A model generated the notes under the pieces. It searched no databases. It had not been told where the DNA came from and worked only from the letters and a program-made list of their open reading frames with translations. A program made the translations under genes and the position numbers. A stretch of 64,000 bases of DNA. It comes from Acidimicrobiia bacterium (GTDB taxonomy: Bacteria > Actinomycetota > Acidimicrobiia > Spongiisociales > ZC4RG35). The DNA lies in the NCBI GenBank assembly GCA_036556085.1, contig DATBKE010000116.1:2209-66208 (forward strand). Direction: 5' to 3'. Positions 18,323 to 26,491 of this stretch are shown one piece after another. Position 1 is the first letter of the stretch, and each line of letters starts with the position of its first letter.

Positions 18323-19516
18323 TCAGCGAGTGCGACGGCCCCGGCCGCGGGAGCCGCGGGAGGCACTTCCCCGACCGCGGCTTGGGAAGGGAATCCCCGG
18401 ACGCCTGCCACCCCTCCGACGGGGCCCGCCCGACCAGTCGTATGGCAACCCCCGCCCCATCCCCCCCACCAGGATCGAGAACACGTCGAGCCAGTCCATG
18501 CCCAGCCCTCCGTGAGTGCGTGGGGCCCGCGGGGCGGGAACCGGCTGGCTGTCGTAGGGAATCTGGCGGGGATCGGGTGACTCGCCCCGCCGGAGCTTTT
18601 CGGCATCGGCTTCGCAAACCATCACTTTTCTCGCCCCGGCCGGGGTTTGGATCTCGGCTTCCACCCGGCCGGTCCCGTGCGTCGGATCGAAGAAACAAGG
18701 CGAAGGGGCATCTTCGGTCGGTTCTGGCGGCAGGGGGCGTCCCTCCACCAGGGCTTGGGCGGCGTCGAGCTGCCAGCGGGCACGGTCGAGATCATCGGAG
18801 AGGTCCTCGAGCTGATCCAGGGATGACGCCTCCGCGAGCCGCGATTCTGCCTGGCGAAACGTCTCGGAGGCCTCTCGATAATGCGAGGTTGCGGTGTCGT
18901 TGCCTGCCACCCGGGGATCATCGGCGAGTTCGACGATGGCGGTGGCGATCACATCCATCTGCTGGCGGATCTCGACTCGAGCTTCCTCGAAGAGCTTCTC
19001 CTTCGCCCGGCCCCGCTCGGCGTTTCCCCTCCAGATGAAGAGCCCCACCAACCCGACCACCCCGATCACAACCAGCACCGGGACCAAGTTGAAGCCTCCT
19101 CCTTCAGACACAGGCTCGGCACCGGTCAAGGAAGCGGCGAACTCTTCGAAGTCCTCTCCGTAACTGCTGCCTCCGGTGGCAACGGTGTCGTCAAGCGCGG
19201 AGTCGATTTCCTCGTCGTCGTATTCGGTACTGACGGCCCCGATCTCGCTGGGGGTCAAGACGACGATCGTTCCGGAGCCAACGCTATCAAGCAACGTGTC
19301 CGCCACTTCGTCGGCGTCTGCGTCTGACTCGAGGCCGACGAAATAGACCTCCTCGAAACGGTCAGCGAGTGCCTCGAGCTCGTCAACGGGGGCGTCGACT
19401 CCCGCATCCAGGTAGTACCCCCGCAACTCGAGGCTGTCGACGATGGGGGAGACGTCGGGTCCGGCCTGCTCCACTGGTGCCAGCAACAACCCAGCCAGGA
19501 GCAGCAGCCCGATCAC
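18323..19516 (-). CDS. bitopic membrane protein, unknown function (acidic ectodomain, cytoplasmic coiled coil, Arg/Gly-rich tail)
   Basis: 397 aa. Signal/TM MIGLLLLAGLLLAP, second TM FNLVPVLVVIGVVGLVGLFIW, motif PCFFDPTHG...VMVCE, tail GGPRRRGGRRPGIPFPSRGRGSASRGSRGRGRRTR. GTGA overlap with the bcp stop. Confidence 0.7.
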   Translation of the reverse strand: MIGLLLLAGLLLAPVEQAGPDVSPIVDSLELRGYYLDAGVDAPVDELEALADRFEEVYFVGLESDADADEVADTLLDSVGSGTIVVLTPSEIGAVSTEYDDEEIDSALDDTVATGGSSYGEDFEEFAASLTGAEPVSEGGGFNLVPVLVVIGVVGLVGLFIWRGNAERGRAKEKLFEEARVEIRQQMDVIATAIVELADDPRVAGNDTATSHYREASETFRQAESRLAEASSLDQLEDLSDDLDRARWQLDAAQALVEGRPLPPEPTEDAPSPCFFDPTHGTGRVEAEIQTPAGARKVMVCEADAEKLRRGESPDPRQIPYDSQPVPAPRAPRTHGGLGMDWLDVFSILVGGMGRGLPYDWSGGPRRRGGRRPGIPFPSRGRGSASRGSRGRGRRTR

Positions 19517-19956
19517 GACACGCCAAGTTCTTCGGTCAAACGAGCAACGTGTCCCTTGGCCTTGACGTTGCGGAACTCTCGCTCGAGCTCGCCATTGGGG
19601 CCGATGACGAAGGTGGACCGAATGAGGCCAACGGATTCTTTCCCATAGAGCATCTTCGGGCCCCAGGCGCCGAACTGCTCGGCGACTTTGTGGTCGGTGT
19701 CTGAAAGAAGCGGAAAATTGAGGTTCTCCTTCTCCTTAAAGCGGGCGTTCTTGGCCGGAGCATCGGGACTGATCCCCACCAGGTCGTATCCGGCCTCCTG
19801 GAGCGCGGCATAGTTGTCGCGAAAGTCACAGGCCTCGGCGGTACAACCGGGGGTCATCGCTGCCGGGTAGAAAAAGACAATCAGCTTTCGCCCCCGGTGG
19901 TCGGCCGTGGAGAACGGTTGTCCATCCTGATCGGGCAAAGTGAAATCAACGCTCAT
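19513..19956 (-). CDS. bcp: thioredoxin-dependent thiol peroxidase (peroxiredoxin Q/Bcp)
   Basis: 147 aa: VFFYPAAMTPGCTAEACDFRD. Confidence 0.9.
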   Translation of the reverse strand: MSVDFTLPDQDGQPFSTADHRGRKLIVFFYPAAMTPGCTAEACDFRDNYAALQEAGYDLVGISPDAPAKNARFKEKENLNFPLLSDTDHKVAEQFGAWGPKMLYGKESVGLIRSTFVIGPNGELEREFRNVKAKGHVARLTEELGVS

Positions 19957-19965
19957 AGTCCGACC

Positions 19966-20877
19966 TTATCCGCCGACCAGGGCTCTGAGGAAAAACGCAA
20001 GATTGGCGGGGCGTTCTCCAAGGCGTCGCACCAAATACGGATACCAATGCGAGCCATATGGGAGATAGATGCGAATTGGGTACCCGGCTTGGGATAGCTC
20101 CGACTGGGCCCTGGACCGAACTCCATAGAGCATCTGGAATTCGAATGGGCCGCTCCGTGTCCGCGCAAGTCGCCTGGTCAACTCGATCAACTTCGGGTCG
20201 TGCGTGGCAATGGCGGGCGTGACTCGATCGGCCGCCATCAACATCTCCAGCAGGCGAGCAAACGCGGCGTCGACGTCGTCACGATCGGTGAACGCAACAA
20301 CGCGATCTTCGACGTAGGCGCCCTTGCAAAGCCGCAGATGTCCACCGTGCATCACCAGGCTGTCGACATCGCCCGGCGTGCGATACAGGTACGCCTGCAG
20401 GGCGAGACCGAGGTTGCCACGGAGCTCTTGTGCCGAGCGGTATAGATCGACGGTGGCCCCGGTGTAGCGCGAATCCTCCATATCGATCGTGATGGTCAGC
20501 CCCAGGTCGGCCGCGGTGGCCGCCAATCGGTCCAGTGTCTTGGCGGCGAGACTCTGGTCGATGGCTAGGCCCAGCTGCGTGAGCTTGACCGAGATGTTGG
20601 CGTCGAGGCTGTTCTCGGCGATGCGCCCCAGACACTCCTCGTAGCCTTTGTAGGCCTGCTCCACCTCGGCGGGCGATGTGACCTCTTCGCCCAGCAGATC
20701 GAGGGAGACTGCCATGCCCGACTGATTGAGGCGCCGAGCAACCGCGGCCGCCTCATCAAGGGTCTCGCCGGCAACGAAGCGATGGGCTAATCGCTGTCCG
20801 GCTTTGGTACGGGTGATGAGGCGCTCGATCGGGGGTGATTCGGCTGTTCCCACCACGAGGCGGGAAAAGAGGCTCAT
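19966..20877 (-). CDS. proline dehydrogenase (monofunctional PutA-like)
   Basis: 303 aa with ...FVAGETLDEAAAVARRLNQSGMAVSLDLLGEEV..., a typical PRODH TIM barrel. ATGA overlap with the proC stop. Confidence 0.85.
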   Translation of the reverse strand: MSLFSRLVVGTAESPPIERLITRTKAGQRLAHRFVAGETLDEAAAVARRLNQSGMAVSLDLLGEEVTSPAEVEQAYKGYEECLGRIAENSLDANISVKLTQLGLAIDQSLAAKTLDRLAATAADLGLTITIDMEDSRYTGATVDLYRSAQELRGNLGLALQAYLYRTPGDVDSLVMHGGHLRLCKGAYVEDRVVAFTDRDDVDAAFARLLEMLMAADRVTPAIATHDPKLIELTRRLARTRSGPFEFQMLYGVRSRAQSELSQAGYPIRIYLPYGSHWYPYLVRRLGERPANLAFFLRALVGG

Positions 20878-21680
20878 CCCGAGCCGAGCTCCCTAGCTCT
20901 TTGGGCGGCGGCTCGCACCGCGTCCTCGACCAACGCCCGAAATCCGCGTTCCTCCAGGACGTGGACGGCGGCGGCCGTGGTTCCCCCCGGAGAAGTCACC
21001 TGCGATCGAAGCTCGAAAGGTCCTCGCTCCGTTTCGGTAAGGAGATGGCCGGCGCCCCGGATCGTCTGATTGACAAACGATTCGGCAATATCGCGGGGCA
21101 GGCCTTCGCGCACGGCCGCTTCGGTGAGAGCCTCGGCCAGAAGGAAGACGTAGGCCGGACCCGTGCCGCTGACCGCAGTGACGGCGTCGAGGAGACCCTC
21201 GTCAAGTTGCTGCACGCCCCCGACGGCCTCGAGCACCAGCCGCGCCTTCTCGAGGTCTTGTTCCCCAGCATGGCGGCCAGCCGCCATTCCGGTAACCGCT
21301 TCCTTCACCAAGGCCGGCGTGTTCGGCATTGCCCTCACCACGGCGACGTCGCCCAGAGCCGACTCGTAGATCGAGGTCGGGACCCCGGCGGCGATCGAGA
21401 GCAAGACCTGTCCAGGCCGGAGCGCTCCCTTCAGCTCCCCCAGAAGGGCCGCAACATCGCGCGGCTTCACTGAGATAACGACGACGTCGCGACCGGCAGC
21501 GCCGTGGGGTGAGAGCGCCACCTCGATCCCGGTGCGTTGCTGAAGCTGAGCCACTCTCTCCGGTCGTCTCACGACCAATGTGAGCTCTGAGGGTTCCCAC
21601 CCTGCGTTGAGCAGTCCGGCGGCGAGAGCCTCGCCCATCGCGCCGACTCCGACGACGGCGACCGTAGGGCGCGTGGTCAT
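20874..21680 (-). CDS. proC: pyrroline-5-carboxylate reductase
   Basis: 268 aa with VAVVGVGAMGEALAAGL Rossmann motif and the C-terminal SPGGTT motif. Confidence 0.9.
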   Translation of the reverse strand: MTTRPTVAVVGVGAMGEALAAGLLNAGWEPSELTLVVRRPERVAQLQQRTGIEVALSPHGAAGRDVVVISVKPRDVAALLGELKGALRPGQVLLSIAAGVPTSIYESALGDVAVVRAMPNTPALVKEAVTGMAAGRHAGEQDLEKARLVLEAVGGVQQLDEGLLDAVTAVSGTGPAYVFLLAEALTEAAVREGLPRDIAESFVNQTIRGAGHLLTETERGPFELRSQVTSPGGTTAAAVHVLEERGFRALVEDAVRAAAQRARELGSG

Positions 21681-22303
21681 CTTGGCGAGTATATGGACGG
21701 GTCGCTGGTGGCCAGATTGGTGCGGATCATCTCGACCACCGTCGCCAGCGCATTGGGGTTGTATCCCTCGGGGATGATGAGGTCCGCGTAGCGCTTCGAA
21801 GGCTCGACGAACTCGAGGTGCATCGGGCGCACGGTGGAGAAGTATTGGTTCAAGACCGAATCGAGATTGCGACCCCGTTCGTCGATGTCGCGTTGGATGC
21901 GACGCGCCAATCGCAAATCGGCGTCGGTGTCGACGTAGATTTTGAGGTCGAGATGAGAGCGAAGGTCGGCGTCGGCCAGCACCAGGATCCCCTCCACTAT
22001 CACGACCCGGGTGGGCTCGGCTGGAACCGTTCGCTCGGCGCGCAGATGGGCGGAGAAGTCGTAAGTGGGGATCTCGGTGGCCTCACCCTTGCCCAACAGG
22101 ATGAGGTGTTCGATCAGGAGCTCAGTCTCGAGAGAATCCGGATGGTCGTAATTGACCGCTGCTCGCTCGGCAAACGCCAGCTCCGGTCGATGCCGGTAGT
22201 AGGCATCGTGCTGGATGATCCTGACCCCAGACAAAGTGGAGGCCACCGCCGCGGCAATAGTGGTCTTGCCGGAGCCGGATCCGCCAGCGATCCCGATCAC
22301 CAT
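21677..22303 (-). CDS. udk: uridine kinase
   Basis: 208 aa with P-loop IGIAGGSGSGKTT and YDHPDS and DTDADLRLARRIQRD motifs. Confidence 0.9.
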   Translation of the reverse strand: MVIGIAGGSGSGKTTIAAAVASTLSGVRIIQHDAYYRHRPELAFAERAAVNYDHPDSLETELLIEHLILLGKGEATEIPTYDFSAHLRAERTVPAEPTRVVIVEGILVLADADLRSHLDLKIYVDTDADLRLARRIQRDIDERGRNLDSVLNQYFSTVRPMHLEFVEPSKRYADLIIPEGYNPNALATVVEMIRTNLATSDPSIYSPR

Positions 22304-22356
22304 ACGTTCTTGCGTGAAAACCCTCGGATTAGGGGCGCGATGCTACGCAAGAATGG

Positions 22357-23238
22357 TTAGGACTGGCCGGTCCTCAGCTTTCGCATGTCCCCCAGAACAT
22401 TGGAGACGAGGGTGGTCTCGGGGGATGCGACCACAGATCTCAGAGCGCGCCGATTGGGATCGACTTCGTACTCCTCTTCGTCCTCTTCCTCATCGTCGTC
22501 TTCGTAATCCTCGTCGTCCTCGTCGTCGGTGGCCCCAGGGCTGAGGTCGACGGCTCCCTCGACTTGATGATCGCCCAGCCAATCGAGGATGGGGGGGTCC
22601 GGCTCCGAACTGACGACGACGCTGACCTCGTTGAGGACGATCGGTTCGGGTACGGGGACCGTGTCGATGGCCACCTCAACCTGGGTGTCTGGGGCAGGAA
22701 CCGTAAGCCCCCGTCCGAGGAGGGCGCTGAGGAATTGGAGGGCGCGGGAGTTGCCGAAGGTCTCCTGCAGAGACGCCAGGCTGAACGAAGGAACGAGGGC
22801 ACAAACCGCGGCCCACTCCTCGGAATGGAGGGTGACAGGAGTTGCAACTTCGGAGGCAAGGCGAAGGGACGTCGACTCGGTGACCCCCTGGGAGGTGACC
22901 TCGTGCTCCATCTGCCGGAGGCGTTCGACCTCCATCATGACCTCGGCTACGTCCCAACCGCGCAAGGCAGGATCGAAGTCGGGTTCGGCGACGAGGAAGG
23001 CACCATCTCCTGTCGACGTGAGCACGTGCAGGGCATCGACTGTCGCCCGCAGGGCCTCTTCCGCGTTGCGGGGAACGCGTTGGCCCGCCAGGCCGGCACC
23101 AACGATGCGGCCATCACCGAAATGGATTACTCCGGGGCGCGAGCCATCGATTCTCAATGTGGCCGTCTTGGCCGTGACCCGCATTATTTGCAACAGGTCA
23201 TTCACCGACCAGTTGCTCAGACTCCCCGAAAGAAGCAT
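22357..23238 (-). CDS. DUF4388 (PATAN-like) domain protein with polyacidic C-terminal region
   Basis: MLLSGSLSNWSVNDLLQIMRVTAKTATLRIDG...GVIHFGDGRIVGA matches the DUF4388 N-terminal signature. C-terminal DDEDDEDYEDDDEEEDEEEYE. Confidence 0.7.
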   Translation of the reverse strand: MLLSGSLSNWSVNDLLQIMRVTAKTATLRIDGSRPGVIHFGDGRIVGAGLAGQRVPRNAEEALRATVDALHVLTSTGDGAFLVAEPDFDPALRGWDVAEVMMEVERLRQMEHEVTSQGVTESTSLRLASEVATPVTLHSEEWAAVCALVPSFSLASLQETFGNSRALQFLSALLGRGLTVPAPDTQVEVAIDTVPVPEPIVLNEVSVVVSSEPDPPILDWLGDHQVEGAVDLSPGATDDEDDEDYEDDDEEEDEEEYEVDPNRRALRSVVASPETTLVSNVLGDMRKLRTGQS

Positions 23239-23318
23239 CCCTCGTCGACCTCCTGAGTTACCAGAGATGTATCGGCCCTCTCGGTGGCGAAGTTGAGTGA
23301 GAGCTAGCCTCGAAATAG

Positions 23319-24917
23319 ATGCAGGTTCTTGAGAGCCGGGTGGATCGGCGCAGCGACGAGTTCGCTTCCAACTACCGGGCCAGTCGGGCTCGCCTCGACG
23401 AATTCGGGGCCCTCCAGGCCGAGGCCCGGCTGGGCGGGGGTCAGAAGTACATCGATCGCCACCGCTCCCGGGGCAAGATGCTGGTGCGGGAGCGAATCGA
23501 GCTCTTGCTCGACCCCGATTCCCACTTCCTCGAGCTCTCGACGTTGGCGGCGTGGGGGACCGACAAGAAGCTCGGCGCCAATGCCGTCACCGGTGTCGGG
23601 GTCGTGTCGGGAGTCGAATGCATGATCTCGGCCAACGATCCCACCAGCCAGGCGGGATCATCGAACCGGTACAGCCTGGCTAAGACCCTGCGGGCGCAGG
23701 ACATCGCCCGAGAGAATCGGCTGCCGCTTATCAACCTCGTCGAATCGGGTGGAGCCGACCTGCCAGATCAGGCCGAGGTTTTCATCACCGGCGGCAAATG
23801 GTTCCGAAACCTCACTCAACTCTCACGCCTCGGTATCCCGACAGTCGCTTTGGTATTCGGGAACTCGACTGCCGGCGGCGCCTATGTGCCGGCGATGTGT
23901 GACTACTCGGTGATGGTGAAGGAGCGAGCCAAGGTCTTTCTCGGCGGCCCGCCACTGGTGAAGATGGCGACTGGGGAAGAGTCGACCGACGAGGAGCTGG
24001 GCGGAGCCGAAATGCATTCCCGGGTCTCCGGTCTTTCCGATTACTTCGCCCAAGATGAGCCTGACGCGATTCGCATCGGCCGTGACATCGTTGCCCACCT
24101 CAACTGGCGCAAGCACGGATACGGACCCACGCAGTCGCCCGACGCCCCGGTCCATGACGCCGACGACATCCTTGGCCTCATCCCGGCCGATCTCCGCACA
24201 CCTTTCGATCCTCGCGAGATCCTGGCTCGCACCCTCGACGGCTCGCGCTTCGAGGAGTACAAGGCGACCTACGGCACGTCACTCGTCACCGGATGGGGAT
24301 CGATACATGGCTTTGTCGTTGGGGTTCTCGCCAACGCCCAGGGGGTGCTCTTCTCCGAGGAAGCTCACAAAGCCACCGAGTTCATTCAGCTTTGCAACCG
24401 CTACGACACACCGCTCCTTTTCATCCACAACACCACCGGCTACATGGTGGGCAAGGAATACGAACAGCGGGGGATCATCAAAGACGGGGCGAAGATGATC
24501 AACGCGGTGGCCAACTCGACCGTCCCCCATTTCGCCCTGATGGCTGGGGTCTCCTATGGGGCAGGCAACTACGGCATGTCAGGACGCTCCTACAGCCCGA
24601 GGTTTGTCTTCGGCTGGCCGAATCACAAGGTGGCGGTGATGGGGCCCAAGCAACTGGCGGGGGTGATGTCGATCATCGCCCGGCAGGCAGCGGTCGACCA
24701 GGGCCGCCCCTTCGACGAGGACGCCGATCAACAACGACGTGCTTTGATCGAGACCCAGATCGGGCACGAAGAACAGGCGTTTTTCTCTACTGCTCGAATC
24801 CGCGACGACGGTCTCATCGATCCGCGGCAAACCCGCCACGTCCTCGGGATCGCCCTCTCCGCCAGCCACTCGGCACCCGTGCAAGGATCGGCAGAGTTCG
24901 GCGTCTTCCGCATGTAG
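23319..24917 (+). CDS. acyl-CoA carboxylase carboxyltransferase (beta) subunit, methylcrotonyl-CoA carboxylase-like
   Basis: 532 aa. N-terminus ...GGGQKYIDRHRSRGKMLVRERIELLLDPDSHFLELS is typical of MCCase beta-type carboxyltransferases. Confidence 0.9.
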   Translation: MQVLESRVDRRSDEFASNYRASRARLDEFGALQAEARLGGGQKYIDRHRSRGKMLVRERIELLLDPDSHFLELSTLAAWGTDKKLGANAVTGVGVVSGVECMISANDPTSQAGSSNRYSLAKTLRAQDIARENRLPLINLVESGGADLPDQAEVFITGGKWFRNLTQLSRLGIPTVALVFGNSTAGGAYVPAMCDYSVMVKERAKVFLGGPPLVKMATGEESTDEELGGAEMHSRVSGLSDYFAQDEPDAIRIGRDIVAHLNWRKHGYGPTQSPDAPVHDADDILGLIPADLRTPFDPREILARTLDGSRFEEYKATYGTSLVTGWGSIHGFVVGVLANAQGVLFSEEAHKATEFIQLCNRYDTPLLFIHNTTGYMVGKEYEQRGIIKDGAKMINAVANSTVPHFALMAGVSYGAGNYGMSGRSYSPRFVFGWPNHKVAVMGPKQLAGVMSIIARQAAVDQGRPFDEDADQQRRALIETQIGHEEQAFFSTARIRDDGLIDPRQTRHVLGIALSASHSAPVQGSAEFGVFRM

Positions 24918-24943
24918 GTGCCTTTTTTGCGAACCCAGGGTTG

Positions 24944-24968
24944 TGATCCGCGTCTAGCGCGGATTACG
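24944..24968 (+). terminator. 10-bp stem hairpin after the carboxyltransferase gene (no T-tract)
   Basis: gtgatccgcg-tctag-cgcggattac, 27 nt after the stop codon. No U-run, so its terminator function is uncertain. Confidence 0.3.
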
Positions 24969-25010
24969 GCACTCAGAATCAGAGAATCGACAACTACCTA
25001 ATCTGACAGC

Positions 25011-25586
25011 ATGGCTGCCACTTCGACCATGCTCGCCCTCGGGACCGAGCTACCCAAGTTCCTACTCAACGACGTTCGCACCAACGAGAACGTCGGATCC
25101 GACGATTTCGCCGATCGCCCGGTGTTGGTCGCCTTTATCTGCGTCCACTGTCCCTATGTGAAGCGCATCCAGGACGGGCTCGCTCAATTCGGCAAGGACT
25201 TTCACGGCACGGACCTCGCAATTGTCGGCATCGCTTCCAACGACATCGAGGCCTATCCGGAGGATGCCCCCGAGAACCAGGCCCGCGTTGCCGACGAAGT
25301 GGGATTTACCTTCCCCATCCTTTTCGACGAGAGCCAAGAGGTGGCCCGGGCTTTCACCGCCGCCTGCACACCGGACTTTTTTCTGTTTGATCACGATCAC
25401 CGACTGGCCTATCGCGGCCAGTTCGATGGCGCGCGGCCCAGTAACGACGTCGAAGTGACCGGCGAGAGCTTGCGCGCGGCGACGAAAGCGGTTCTCGCCC
25501 GCGAAGAGGTCAAAGTCGACCAGGTGCCCTCGCTGGGATGCTCGATCAAATTTCGCTCGGAGGGCGAGCCCGTCACCCTTAGGTAG
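25011..25586 (+). CDS. thioredoxin-fold (TlpA/AhpC-TSA-like) protein
   Basis: 191 aa with VLVAFICVHCPYVK active-site-like motif and the TPDFFLFD pattern. Confidence 0.8.
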   Translation: MAATSTMLALGTELPKFLLNDVRTNENVGSDDFADRPVLVAFICVHCPYVKRIQDGLAQFGKDFHGTDLAIVGIASNDIEAYPEDAPENQARVADEVGFTFPILFDESQEVARAFTAACTPDFFLFDHDHRLAYRGQFDGARPSNDVEVTGESLRAATKAVLAREEVKVDQVPSLGCSIKFRSEGEPVTLR

Positions 25587-26433
25587 AGAGAAACCGGGCC
25601 TCGTGGGCGGCCACGACTTTGATCCACAAGGACGCGAGGGCGGCGGGCTGGACATCGAGGCGCATACCGAACAGGTCACTAATTACCGCCAACCAGTCGT
25701 CGGGCCGATCGAGCACCCGCTCGGAGCGTTCTTCACCATCGATGCGAGTCAGCACCAGACCCCGCAACATGTCCACGCCGGTCGCATGACGCCGCTGAGC
25801 GGTTAGCACTCTCACAAAACCCGACTCCGGTGAGGTCGACAAGTAGGCGTGGCGCTCGCGGAAGGCGTCGATCGAGACCGCTCCCAGGCGGAAGCTCATG
25901 CCGGCGAAGGAACCCGTCGGATCATGCGCCAGATGCCAATCGCCGACACCATCGTTTGTCTCGGCCAACCCAAACCGCATCGGTGTTTGCTGGTAGTCAC
26001 CGGCCATCAGTGGGAGGGGCTCGTACAACGCATCACCCAACCCCGCATCGACATACCACTTGCCCTCTGGATTGGCATCAGTCGGCAAACCTTCCACGAC
26101 GAGAACGAGATGGTTGGTGAGCGCCTCGGCACTGGGCCCCTCGGGGCCATGGACGCCGCCGACGTGACGGGTCACGCGATAGCCGAGCGCTTCCAACAGT
26201 TCAAAGAATGCGCCGTTGAGGTGATAGCAATACCCGCCACGTCCGTCGTACGCCACGCGCCGGAGCGAATCGATCGGATCGATGCCCCACTGCTGGCCAA
26301 GGTGGATCCAGATGGTCTCGTAGGGCACGTGCTCGACCTGGGCCCGATGGAGACGACCCAGCGCCTCGGCTGAGGGCGGCTCGGGATGGAGTCGCAACCG
26401 ACGGAGGTAAGCGTCGACATCTTCGCTGTCCAT
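25579..26433 (-). CDS. arylamine N-acetyltransferase
   Basis: MDSEDVDAYLRRLRL...VPYETIWIHLG...GRGGYCYHLNGAF (catalytic Cys). Start taken at ATG 26433 (alternative 26457); the track ORF extends to 26601. Confidence 0.85.
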   Translation of the reverse strand: MDSEDVDAYLRRLRLHPEPPSAEALGRLHRAQVEHVPYETIWIHLGQQWGIDPIDSLRRVAYDGRGGYCYHLNGAFFELLEALGYRVTRHVGGVHGPEGPSAEALTNHLVLVVEGLPTDANPEGKWYVDAGLGDALYEPLPLMAGDYQQTPMRFGLAETNDGVGDWHLAHDPTGSFAGMSFRLGAVSIDAFRERHAYLSTSPESGFVRVLTAQRRHATGVDMLRGLVLTRIDGEERSERVLDRPDDWLAVISDLFGMRLDVQPAALASLWIKVVAAHEARFLST

Positions 26434-26491
26434 CGGCGTCTTCCGGGATCCAGTCATTGAGCGATTCAACCAGTCAGCCGATAGGTGATCG

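Noticed and set aside
18286-19038. 250-aa extremely Arg/Pro/Gly-rich plus-strand ORF.
   Set aside because: It is a shadow frame opposite the membrane-protein gene upstream of pspA, with no start context or domain signal.
24944-24968. Idea that the GCGGAT-containing hairpins at 9373, 10390 and 24944 form a REP-like repeat family.
   Set aside because: The shared core is only about 7-11 nt (gcggat[at][ac]c) and the stems differ otherwise. Three instances in one window cannot separate a family from coincidence, and a whole-genome search is needed.
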